64,000 nucleotides of DNA from Scyliorhinus canicula (Eukaryota). Where the stretch lies: NCBI RefSeq assembly GCF_902713615.1, contig NC_052154.1, positions 159,256,754 to 159,320,753 of the forward strand, in the 5' to 3' direction. The notes below the pieces were generated by a model that was not told where the DNA came from, did not search any database, and saw nothing but the letters and a program-made list of their open reading frames with translations. The translations under genes were made by a program, and so were the position numbers. Positions within the stretch are counted from its first letter, which is position 1; every line of letters begins with the position of its first letter. This document shows, in pieces, positions 1 to 12,500 of the stretch.

Positions 1-236
1 TAAACTTAAAAGTGTCTCAATGAGTTTCCAAGGTAAACAGTCAGCGCTGCTCTCCTACAGATGCAAAAAGTTAACTCTGTTTCTCTCTCCACAGATGCTG
101 TCAGACCTACTGCATTTACCCAGCATTTTCTGTGTTTACTTCTGCTCTGCACCTCTATTAGTTGGGATCTATCATGTTCAACAATGGCTGGTATTAAAAG
201 CAAATTATTAAGGTGCACTGAAATTACAGAACGTAC

Positions 237-544
237 CTAAACATTCAGAACGAACACCTTCTCTATAATATCACTGGTTTTTGGGTGCTGAACTTCGCAG
301 GTGTACTCTGATGAACCTTCAATTGCGACAATAGGCAACTTTGTTACTGTGGAGTAAAGTCCATTGCTATCAATTTTGGGTGTTTCGATGCTTTGTTTAT
401 CCTTGTATTCCGTCCATCCCTTGCTCCAAATGATATGTATATCCGCTGGACAAAAATGATCAATCCTGCAAGTCAGAGTTGCGTTTTCACCCTTTTTGGG
501 ATGATCAGGAGAACACTTGATTTCTGATACTTTAGGAGTCACAG
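237..544 (-). CDS. Exon 10, post-TM C1-set-like domain 6, ending in TAG
   Basis: Acceptor gcatttttcacag|CT. TPKVSEIKC..ATLTCRIDHFCPADIHIIW..SNGLYS..YTCEVQH..VLNV then TAG (239-237) directly followed by gtacgt. Confidence 0.85.
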
Positions 545-3500
545 CTGTGAAAAATGCAGAAACAAAATCTGATTCTCAAAAATATCAACTGCAATCAGAC
601 TCCTAAAAATAAATTAATTTTTATGTTTTTTGAAGGGTTGAAAAGCTTTCTCAGTAACTATTCAAGTTGAATATTTATTTAAAGTTCCAAAGATAGGTAT
701 AACAGGATTAAAATTAATCTAGACAAACAAATTCTGTTGTTATCAGTGATATCCTGCCCCTCCCTTTGGCTGCACTGGTAGTCCTTGCCAATGGAATCGG
801 CACAGAAATCACCATCATGGTGCAAGCTTGAGCTAAATGCCCACTATTCTCACTTTAAAAATGAATCAAAAGTTGGCTTGCTCGGTCAAGGGTAACCAAA
901 TTTTTAACAGCCTGAAAATTAACTTTGACAAATGTGGAGTCTCATTCCTTCAGAAACAACATGAACATTTTAAAAATAGTTTTATATAAGTTTTTCTGTT
1001 TTGCACAATTTATGCATTTCCACTGATCCCATGTCTTTAAAAGCAGACAGATAGCAAAATAATGTGAATATTTTTACTTCCAACTTTGCTATCTGCATGC
1101 ATCAGTGATGATTCTTCAATCTTGTCTCCATACTACTTGACCTGCTCACAGATTCCCTGCTGAGCCCATTTCAGATGACGCTGGAAAAAAGGAAATCTCT
1201 ACTGACAAACCCAGTAAAGGTTTGTGAGCAGCCATACACGAGGTGAACAATGAAAATGGTTCCTTCATCATTTGGCAAAATAGAGCGACCATCTTTAATG
1301 CTGTCTTTATTTTAAAACGAATTACCAACAAAACCTGCTTTTCAAAACCTACAGAAAAGTTCAGTGTATGAGATGCACTCACCTTTAAGAGGCAGTTGAA
1401 TACGTCTTTTGAATACTGGTACATCAGTGTTAGAATTGTCTTTGTACTGAAAGTGTAAATCTCTTTCAAAGTCTTCTGCAGTCACTGTAAACTTCAGGTA
1501 ACTGTTTATTTTGTAAGTGTTTTCACTGTGAAGCACAGGCTTTGAATTTGTGACTCCTTCAATGCGCTCTGATGCTTTATACCATTCAACCGTAATATTG
1601 TCATGGGGAATTTCACATACTGAAGTCGACACAGATAAAGGTTGGCCATACAAAGGGCTCTCTGGCTTCAATGTGAACTCTGAAAATTTTGGTGAGCCTA
1701 TAAAGAGAAAATAATATATTTAATTAACACTAAAGGCCAAACAAAGCCGCATTTCATCTGCCAAGAAGTCTTCGGAATTATTTTTTTGGATAAATTTTGC
1801 TGGCAAGGTTGTCATTTGTTACTCACTGTTATTCACCCTCAAGGTGGCAGTAGACTGCAGCATGCAGGTTCCCACAGTATTATTAGGTAGAAAATTTCAC
1901 CCAGGTGTACTGAAGGAATGGCATTATATAGATATAGAACAGTACAGCACAGAACAGGCCCTTCGGCCCTCGATGTTGTGCCGAGCAATGATCACCCACG
2001 TATCCCAACAACCCCCCCCCCCCAACCTTATATGTACAAGTCATGTTGAGAACTTACTTGGAGAGAAACCAGAGTGGTGTTCAATGCGCCAGCTTTGCTA
2101 GACCTTGCTGCTGGCAAAGATCATGGGTTTGAGAGGTCCAGCTGGAGCAGCTTTGGCAACTTGTCACAGTGTTCCTTGTACATAGTACACATTGCAGCCA
2201 CAGTACACCAGAGGTGGAATAAGTGGGCATTTATACTAAACAAGGCGTCAACCAATTAGTCTGTCTAATTTTAGTTAACAGTGAGATTCTTCAGTGTTGC
2301 TGCAGTTCACCAAAAGAGTTACATGGATAGTATGCTATCACAGATTTTTGCCTTGTAGGTACGGAGTCGGGTGAGCCACTCGCCACAGAATACTGAGCCT
2401 CTGACCTGCTCTAGTGGCTGAGAAATATACGTGCCAGATCCAGCAGAGTTTCTGGTCATTGGTGACTCCAGGATATTGATGGCAGGGATTCAATGATAAT
2501 GCCATGGAATATCAAGAGGATGTGGTTAGATTTTCCTTCCCATTGTTATGAAGATGCGTTATATACGATATTAATCTATAATGTGATTAGCTGGGCTTTT
2601 TTCTAAGCAAAGGGTACTGGCTATAGGAGCTACTAGGCTGCATTAGTGAAGGATAGCTGCTGCTTTTGCAGAGACCCAGAATCTATGTGGCTCTCAGAGA
2701 AGGGTCCAGCTTGTGTGTGAAAAAATATGCTGGGTGTAGGATAATAAGATAGTTACCCCGTCTCTCTTCTGAAACCTCTCTCATCAAAGCTGAGCTGTTT
2801 GTAATGTGGAAAACCCACTCGAAGACTTCTCTGCAACAAACCAAGAGATCTCAAAAGGAGAATTGCAAATCAAGCAGCCATGACTGCAGTGACTGCTCCA
2901 ATGCGAAAAGGGACATTTTCAGCTATTAAAAAAAAGTCCTCTGGGACCATTTGTGAATATTTATTTCTGATTTGCAACTTGGGCCAATTTTTAAAGATAT
3001 GACACTAGAGTTTTATTTCAATTTGTGCATGCTGGAGGGGTGTCATTATGTGTGCTGTTTTTGCTTTAGTAGTCTGTTAAACACATTTTAAACCTTTTGT
3101 TGATATCTTTTGCACCCTTACCCGATTAAGGTTTAGCAACTAAAAGCTGTTAACTTAAGTAACCTGGCTGGCTTGTTTCGTGCACTGAGCTAATACACAT
3201 TAAATATATTGAATCGGCCACATTAGCCAGCTTTAAAATTCAAACTCTGTCACAACTAACTCAGGAGTGGGATAAAGAAAGGAATCCATTCACCCCTGCT
3301 AATCATACAAATTATGCAGTAAACAGACCTTTCATTGCTGTACACGTTTCCCTTAGCCTCCATAGGCCAAGATGAAGCAGAAAATGGTACTAACATTGGC
3401 AAATATAGTACAATTAGAGTGGGCCTGAGAGGCCGAGTGGCCTACTACTGCTCTCAATTCGTATGTATATTTTTCAGTAATGTTAATTAAGCAATGAACA

Positions 3501-6500
3501 CCCGTGGTAAATCGAGCCACTCTTATTCATATCAAAGAAAATGGAAATAAAGCTATAATTGCACAATTAAGATGTTTTAGCATTTCACAATACATTTCTA
3601 TTAACATCTTTGAAAAGCTGGAACTTCACCCTCATCAAATAGAAAATTTTAACTCACCTTTAAGAAATAGCTGGTAAAATTGCTTAAAAGGTTTGGTTGA
3701 AGATTTTGAATGACAAACTTCAATCCTATACTCGGCTTGATGATCATCAGCACTTGGAGTCAAGGTTACTGTGGAGATTTTGCTGTACAGACCATTTTCA
3801 CATAGCGAAGTTTCCATAATTCTTCCATATTTTACATCATCACATCTCACTTCATTTCTGAACCATTCAACTTGAATATCCTCTGGATAAAAGTCAATTA
3901 TCTTACAGGTTAAAGTCAATTCTCTCTCTAGTTCAGGAGTGGCGGGATCGCAGGTAATTTCAGAGACTTTAGGGAAAGACACTGAAATAAAAAGATTAAG
4001 AAAAGCTGAATTGCATCTTTCCGATCTTTGTTACAGACATACGTCCATCATTCCAAAATGCCACAGAAAAAGTGTTACTCAGTCCTTCTTTCCAACGAAC
4101 AACTGGAACATTATACAGGTCAGGAAAACTGTAGCTTCAATTGAGAGAATAGATTGATCTGTCATACGGTTGCCACTAAGATTTTGGGACATTACCTGAG
4201 CTTGCAACAGAGTAATTTATTTTATAGAATTTCAAACATTGGGAATATAGACAATGCAGTAATTGCACTGCTGATGTGTCATTCCACAGCAGAAAATAAT
4301 TTACTTTTATATGTAAAATTTACTAAATGAAGAACTTACTGTCTGATCAAACATTATTTCCTGAATACTGTTCACACTTTTGAGAGATAAGACATTGTAA
4401 TGTCCAATGCCATTTCATCAATGCCAGATCTACTTTTCGTATGCCTAAGAACAATGCAAACCAATTTCTTGTACCCAGTTTTGTCCCTTTTCCCCTTCCC
4501 TTCACTCGGATTAATTTAAGTATGGCATTCCAATGTTTAAAATTTAAAAACATAGAGCCTGGGGAACAAAAATATCCCAACAATGCACCGATAACTTTAA
4601 AACAGAATTTCATTTTGATGGCAGAGAACTGATTTTACCAGAGCCAAAGTAACATGGCTACCAGCATAACCTTTATCTCAACTGAAATTCCCTCTGAATA
4701 ACTTCTTGTAGCAGTGAAGTTCTCTTAAAAACCTATTTGGGGTACTATGACATTCACCTAACCATTCTGTACCATCAGAACTCTTTCAAATTCCAGTAAC
4801 ACCACCAGAAACAGCTGGCAATTGCATTCAAGCATAAAAGGCGGAGAGCACCACCATTAATTTCACCAAATTCATTTCATGAAATTAGAATTAGTATCAT
4901 AAATCAAACAGCCCCATTTTTAAATTGCAGAAATGTTTTCAAACTAAGAATAGACATACCTAAACTTTCAGGAATATATTCTGCAAACCTTGGATACATA
5001 AGAGTCTCATGTAGAACCTGGCATTTATATTTACTGTGTAGGTCTGATAACATTGCAGTAATTGTGCACAAACTGGTAAATTCATACAACTCATTTTCAG
5101 AATGAACTATTTCAGGGTTTTCTGTATTCATAATGATGTCTTCATTTTTCAACCATCGAACAGAAATATTTTTAGGGTAAAATGAATGCACTTTGCAAGT
5201 TAGAGTCAATTGTTCTCCAATCACAGGGTTCCCTGGTTCACTAATGATGGCATTAAGAGAAGGATAAGCTGCAACAGAAAAAAACGAGTAGATCATTAGA
5301 ACATGCATACATAAATTTACATATTTATCTCTCTCACATTGATGATGAGCTTTCTCATCTTCAATAATGGCCAGAACACTACCTTTACAATAATAGGTTC
5401 TTTAACATCCACCTTCAGAGGAATAAGACTCAGTTTAACATCTCCTTCAAAGGATGATACTGCAGCAGTGCAGCACTCATTCATAACGGTACTGAAGAGT
5501 CAGCCTTGAATATGGTTAGAACCCACAACATTCAAATGCCAACTGAGCAAAGACATTGGAACAGGAGAGAAGAAATTTGTGTAAAGTATGGAAGTATCCA
5601 CAGGCTCGTGTAGAAAAAGGATTTAAAATTGATGACTGATTAAAAGTATCTTGAGCCCACATGTTTTGGGCATGCCCGGAGCTCAGTGTGTTCTGGCAAG
5701 GGTTCCCGAGGGCAATGTCCAAGGTGCTTACCACACGGGTGGTGCCGAGTCCAGAGATAGCGATCTTTGGAGTGACAGAAGACCCGGGAGTTCAGGGGGC
5801 GAAAAAGGCTGACGTCTTGGCCTTTGCCTCCCTAGTAGCCCGGAGGGGGGGGGGGGGGGGGGGGCTCATTGGGATGGTGTGGGAAGACTGGGTCACGTGG
5901 GGTAATGTCTCTTTAATTGTTATTGTATATTCTCTTTTTGCATTATGTTAATGTTCACTCTAGTTTGTTTTGTTATTATGGTTACTACTGTTTTATTATG
6001 AAAAATTCTGCAAAACCTTAATAAAAATACTTTTTTTTAAAAAGTATCTTGAGGCAATTCACAATCTGGGATCCACCTATTGGGAAGGGGACAATGCAGG
6101 GGAGGAGATTGATTATAAATCAGAATGGGAAAGGAAATATTTTTAAAAGCTCCAAAACGCTTTCCAACCGATGACTGTAATTAGGAAATATGGCAACCAA
6201 TTTGTGCACAGCACGTTCTCAGAAATGTCAATGCAATAAAGGCCTGATGGAATGTTAACGGAATAAATTATGACAAAATGAAAAAGAGATGGCATATTGG
6301 AATTCAAAGTAGAAAACACTAGAAATAAACAGCAGGTCCACTAGCTTCTGTAAAAAGAGAACATGTTAATGTTTTAGATATGGACTCTTAACGATGAAGG
6401 GAACAGATTCTGCAATAATACTATTTTCCACTGTGCCCCACAAACATTAAGCAGTCTAAGTTAAGGTATAGAATCAACTCTATGCGGGATACCTTGGCAA

Positions 6501-9500
6501 GGATGTCTGTTCCAGCTCAATGAACTTTCTTATTGCAACAGCTTTCTATTTTTGCACAATTACTACTCTTGTATGACAAGGATAGCTTATAATTGGGATG
6601 TTTAGTTTTACTATCGATTCTATTGCTTCTGAGTGGACAAATGAAGTGCCTCCTGCAACAGATATTAGTGGGAAGGCTGTTATGACGTGGTCAGGGATTG
6701 ATGGTCACAATCACACCTTGGGTTGCTCCTCATCAACCACACAGTGCAGATTGGGTTGAATGTCACCCACTGTTGTTGGTGGAGGTTGAAGTCGGTGACC
6801 TCAGTGATGGATCAGTTGGTTCTTTATGTTCCATGTGTCCACAATCTGTCCATCTGGGTAACTCAACAACAGCTGCATGGATATTAGATGCAGCATCCCA
6901 GAAAGGTCAGCATGCTTTTAACAAAATTCCTTGTGGTTTTTCAACTCCTTAAGTATGACAGGCTGAGAAATGTGAGGCAACACCAGGTGTCAGTTAGAGT
7001 GAACCCAAGTGCCCTTGGCATTGTAGGAGTGTTTTCAGGGACTGAGTTTTGAGCTGGCTTTTACGTGGGGATCCTCCCCCTTAGTTACGGTTCAGGTAAA
7101 CACAAAGACCCGCAAAGACAGCAGCTCTGGTTAAGATGGCTTTATTTTCCAAGCTTGGTCAACATTCGAGGGAGAGTGATTTGTATAAACGCCAAAACCA
7201 CTCTGCTTTACATTGCCTTAGGTCGAACAGTTATACAATTTCCAAAAATCAGTAGCCCACCCCAGTTTGACTCGATCCAATCCTTGTAGCTGTCCATTTT
7301 ACCTTGACCAATGAATTGTACTTTAGGCAGCATGGTGACTGCGTTATTAGCTCATGATTTAACCCCATCCTGTTCCCTGACCATCTGCTGTCTTTCAGGA
7401 TCCTTGCATCTGTTGCTCTCTTGCCCTCTCCTACTCCCATTTCTCTTATCTTGGTTGGTTCGTGCTTGTACCATTACCTATAGATCCTCAGACAGACAAT
7501 GTAAAGGGCTGGAATAGGCTCCTGAAGCTACTGATCAGAACTGCTTATTAAGCTGGCTGTGTTATTGCTGACCACATTATTTCTGTTTGTCTTAGGAATG
7601 TGGTCAAGTTAGCTAGCTGAAATCCCATCCTACATTGCAGTCACAACTACTAGCAAGAGTTTAAATACTTGTTACTGCTTTGTTCTAAGAATACATGGTT
7701 AATGGTTAATAATGATTGGTAGGTATACTTCATACGATTAGTTTCAATCCTCAATAAACAAACTTATGTAGAGCTATTCTAGTGTTATCCTAGCTATCTA
7801 GTTTTGAGGGGTCTCATCTCAGAAACACCTCCCCCCCCTTCAGGCATGTCAAAGATCAACACGTGCAACTGCAGGCCTGTGTGGCAGAGCAGTATTCTGC
7901 AGCACTATCTTTTTCACATTCATACAGCAAAAGGCCTGCACCAAATTCTGCGATGTTCATCTATGTCCATGACTTTTCACTGACACAGACATCAGTACTG
8001 AAGGAAGCAAATAGGATGCACACCAAGACCTAGACATGTTGGAATGTCACTTTTGACCTTCACCCAAAATACTTGGGTGTCACCCTGGACAGAACTCTCA
8101 CTTATTGGCTTCATTTTGTCAACATTATCCATCAAATAAAAACCTGGCTGCACCTGTTGTAATATCTCATGGGGAAACACTTCACACCACAAGAGTAACA
8201 TTAGTCCGTTTCTTCAGATAATGTGCAAAAGTACTCTGGATGTTATATAGACAAGGGTAGTTCTTTATGGAATTTAGTTCATCATGTTTAATAAACTTTC
8301 TAGAAATTTATGGAAGATATAGGCAATCTGAAGGGTTGGAATAGGGTGGTACCATGACGTAGCATAAATATATTCAAATATAAATAAGATGACCATCACT
8401 CCCTTTTAATGGCCTATAAGAAGTTTAAAGGTGAAGTCAGCTCCAGCTTAATGGTCTCAGGTCATAGAATGAGTGCAGGAGGAGGCCATTTGGCCCATCG
8501 AGCCTGCACCGGAAAGAGCACTTAAGCCCACACCTCCAACCTATCCCAGTAACCCCATGTAACCTTTTTTGGACACTAAGGGCAATTTAGAATGGCCAAT
8601 CCACCTAACCTGCAGATCTTTGGGCTGTGGGAGGAAGCTGGAGCACCCGGAGGAAACCCATGCAGACACAGAGAGAACGTGCAGACTCCACACAGACAGT
8701 GACCCAAGCCGGGAATCGAACCTGGGACCCTGGAGCTGTGAAGCAACAGTGCTAACCACTGTGCTACCCAGCCGCCCACCATGGAATAGTCTCACCCAGA
8801 CAGGCCACAGAAAGAAATACCTTTACAAATGTTCAGATTTGCAATAGTTGGTCACATCCATACAATTAAACATTTGGAAATGCTTAATCTGACAACAGAT
8901 GCCCGGAGTGGATGTCTGTTCTATTCCCTCATATTGAAATTCTTAACAGCAATGTCAGAGAAAAGAAGGCACCAACGCATTTTAAAAGAGATTGATCAAA
9001 AACTGTGTTCGTGTTACCTTTTACGTTCAGTTGAACATGCTTCACTGCTGGATTTCTCAAACTAACATGTCCAACTTCACACGAATATTGACTGTTTTCA
9101 TCTTCTTGGATGGTTGCACGGAAGAGCAGCATGCTGCAGACACTGAGAGTGTGGTCGGAATAACTAAATGAAACCAGATAATGGGAATATTTGTCGGGAT
9201 AGAAATTCTCTTCAGCTCCATTGTTGTGCTCCACCAAATCGAATTTCTCTCCATCTATTATTTTATACCATGTGATCTTCAGAGGATGTGGCTTAAAGAA
9301 ATTTATCGGACAAGTCAGCGTAACAGAATTGTTATGATGCACAACTGGAGGTTGAATTATATTAGCCAATTTAGGAGGAACTGAAGAGGAGAAAAAAACA
9401 AAGCATTAGTTTTAATGACACACAACTTCAAGATAAATATTCTTGGTTTATCTTTTTTATAATAGAATAGAATCCCTACAATTCAGAAGGAGGCCATTCG

Positions 9501-12500
9501 GCCCATCGAGTCTACACCAGCTCTCTGAAAGAGCACCCTACCTAGATCCAATTCCCCACCCTAGCCACATAACCCTGCCTAGGGGCAATTTAGCATGGCC
9601 AATCCATGCACATCTTTGGACTGTGGGAGGAAACTAGAGCACCCAGAGGAAACCCACGCAGAGATGGGGAGAAAGTGCAAACTTAACAGTCACCAGAGAT
9701 TGATAACCATTGTGCCGCACCTTTTTTTTTCCCTCAGATGATAACCTCACACTTACCCACGTTAAACTCCATCTGCAAACTTTGGCCCAATCTCCTAGCC
9801 GATCTACGTTTCATAAATCCTACAATGCAGAGGGAGGCCATTCGGCTCAGCAATGTCTGCACCGGCCCTCTGAAAGAGACATTATCAATATATAGAACAT
9901 AGAACAGTACAGCACAGAACAGGCCCTTCGGCCCTCGATGTTGTGCCGAGCAATGATCATCCTACTGAAACCCACGTATCCACCCTATACCCGTAACCCA
10001 ACAACCCCCCCCCCCCCCCCCCCCCCCCCCCAACCCTACTTTTTAGGACACTACGGGCAATTTAGCATGGCCAATCCACCTAACCCGCACATCTTTGGAC
10101 TGTGGGAGGAAACCGGAGCACCCGGAGGAAACCCACGCACACACGGGGAGGACGTGCAGACTCCGCACAGACAGTGACTTTGTATTAAGTGAACAATGCT
10201 GTGTCCATTATCTTGGCCCTTTTCAGTTTTCTGTAAATCATGCAAGTGGTCTGCTCCCTGTTGAATTCGCTGCATCCTATCCCACGCTGCAGGTCTTGTC
10301 TTTCTTTCACTTGTAACAATTTCCCAACACAATATCGACAACAATACCATTCCAAATTCAGGACAAGTATAACAAAAAGATAACGTCACTCAGGGTGGAG
10401 TTGGGAACATGAGAACGGCAGTAAAAGCCCGTTCCACAATTCCATTAAGATATTGGCTTATCTCTATCTTAACTCCACATGAAATAGGAGAAGTAGACCA
10501 TTCGGCCCCTCAGCCATCTATGCCGAATAACCTTCATTCGATTCCCTTGCCAGAATCTATCAGCCTCCACCTTAAAAATATTCAGTGACTCCACCCCCAC
10601 TGTCGTCTGAGACAGAGAGTTCCAAAGTCGCACAACTCTTCGAGAAACAACATTTTTTAAATGTCTGTCCTAAAAAGGGGCTCATTTTAAAACAGTGCCC
10701 CTTAGTTCTGTACTCGCCCACAAGAGCAAACATCCTTTACACGTCCATCTTGTCAATACCGTTCAGGATCTTATGAACTTCAATCAGGTCACTGCTCAAT
10801 CTTCTAAACACCAGTGGGAACAAGCTCAGTTGTCAAATCTTTCCTCATAAGACAACTCACTAATTTCAACAAATCGCGTAAACCTCTTTTGAACCGGATC
10901 CAATGTATTTGCATCCATGGATAAATATTTGAGATTTGGTATGCCCTCTCATAATAAAGGATATAATTCCGCCAACCTTTTTAATTTCTTGCTATACCTG
11001 CATATTAACTTTTTGTGACTCATGTGGCAGAACAGCTAGATCCCGTTGTACCTTGGGGCTCTACAGCCATTTAAAATAATACTCTGCCAAAGTGAACTTC
11101 ACCTTTTCACACATTATAGTCCATCGACTTGTCTTGACTCCACAACTACAACAGGGACCATATATTTCAATTGTACTTTATTGGTTGTAAAGAGCCACTG
11201 CATGTCCTGAGATTGTAAAAGGCACTATTTAAAAATGCTTTCTTCGATACCCCTGCCCAGCAAGTATCTATCAATGTCAACTTTGAAGGGGGGGGAGAAA
11301 AAGAGAAGAAGAATTCTACAGAGTTACTTCCCAACCCGATTGCTCCAAAATTCCAGTCTCTCTCCTTCGTAAATCAAGGGGAAAAGATTGCTGCTTTTCA
11401 GTCAGAATCCCACCCCTGGCTCTATGGACGTGACAGAAAGAGACAATTGCAAGTGTGGAGAGGCAGACAAAAAAGGGGTCACTTACAATAACTCAGTTGC
11501 ATTATATACAGCAGATTACAACACCCCCAGGAATCACCGTGAGCAGATTAAAACACTACAACAATCCATTTATTTCCTAGTCTACCAATGAAAAAAGCTT
11601 TTTATTTATGGTTAAAACTAAAGCCGATAATGGACAGGGAATCCAATTTGAGAAGCAGAGCCACAGAAGGAGGGCAACCTGAAGCCAAGTCTTCCAATCG
11701 CAAGTGACACCAACATCCTCGTGAAGGAGGTGAATAGGTCAGCGAGAAGAATATAATAAGTATGTTGGGGAAGAGAGAAGGAAATTAGGCTTGAGATTAG
11801 ACAGGGGCAGCAGAATTAATGGGAAAATGTTAGACAAGAAGGGGGCTTTGGGATAATGAGAAGCAAAAAGATGTGTAAACGAATAAAGATACTAGGAAAA
11901 ACAAAAATGGTCAATAAACCAAAAAGAAAATTGGACTCAAGATAGAACAGTATGTAGGTGAATGGACAAACCATTCAAACCAAATTTGATGCACTAGCAG
12001 CTACTGAAGATGTGATGTAGCAACTATGATCCAGAAACAATTTAAGATTCGGACAAACTGAGAAATCAACATTCCTGGTTTAACTTCTTCAGTAGAGATG
12101 CAGAAGGAACAAAGTGAGATAGAGGATGCATTAAGTATTCCATCCCAGTGTTAAAATGTAAGGATGCTTTAATGTCTCAGGTTAGAACAGAGTTCAGAAA
12201 GACAAATGGTATATTGTATTAATGTAGGACACCAAATAGTAAACATAAGAAAACAGGTGAAGTATGTCAATATCTCAGAGAGATACAAGAATAACTAGGC
12301 AATACTATGGTGTGATTTTAAGTCAATAAACTGGGCCATGGATCAGCTGAAGATTTTTTCAATGCGAGATGTATAAAATATATTTTTATTTGGCTCAAAA
12401 CAATGCACCAATGGAGCAGAGGTGAAAGTGGAGATACTATCACCATTCCTGGGTATGTCCTGTCTCACTGGCAGCACAGACCCAGCAGAGGTGGCGGCAC

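Noticed and set aside
1146-1469. ORF overlapping exon 9 and a possible extra exon at about 1150-1348
   Set aside because: It would need an intron of about 34 nt and shows no convincing Ig motif.
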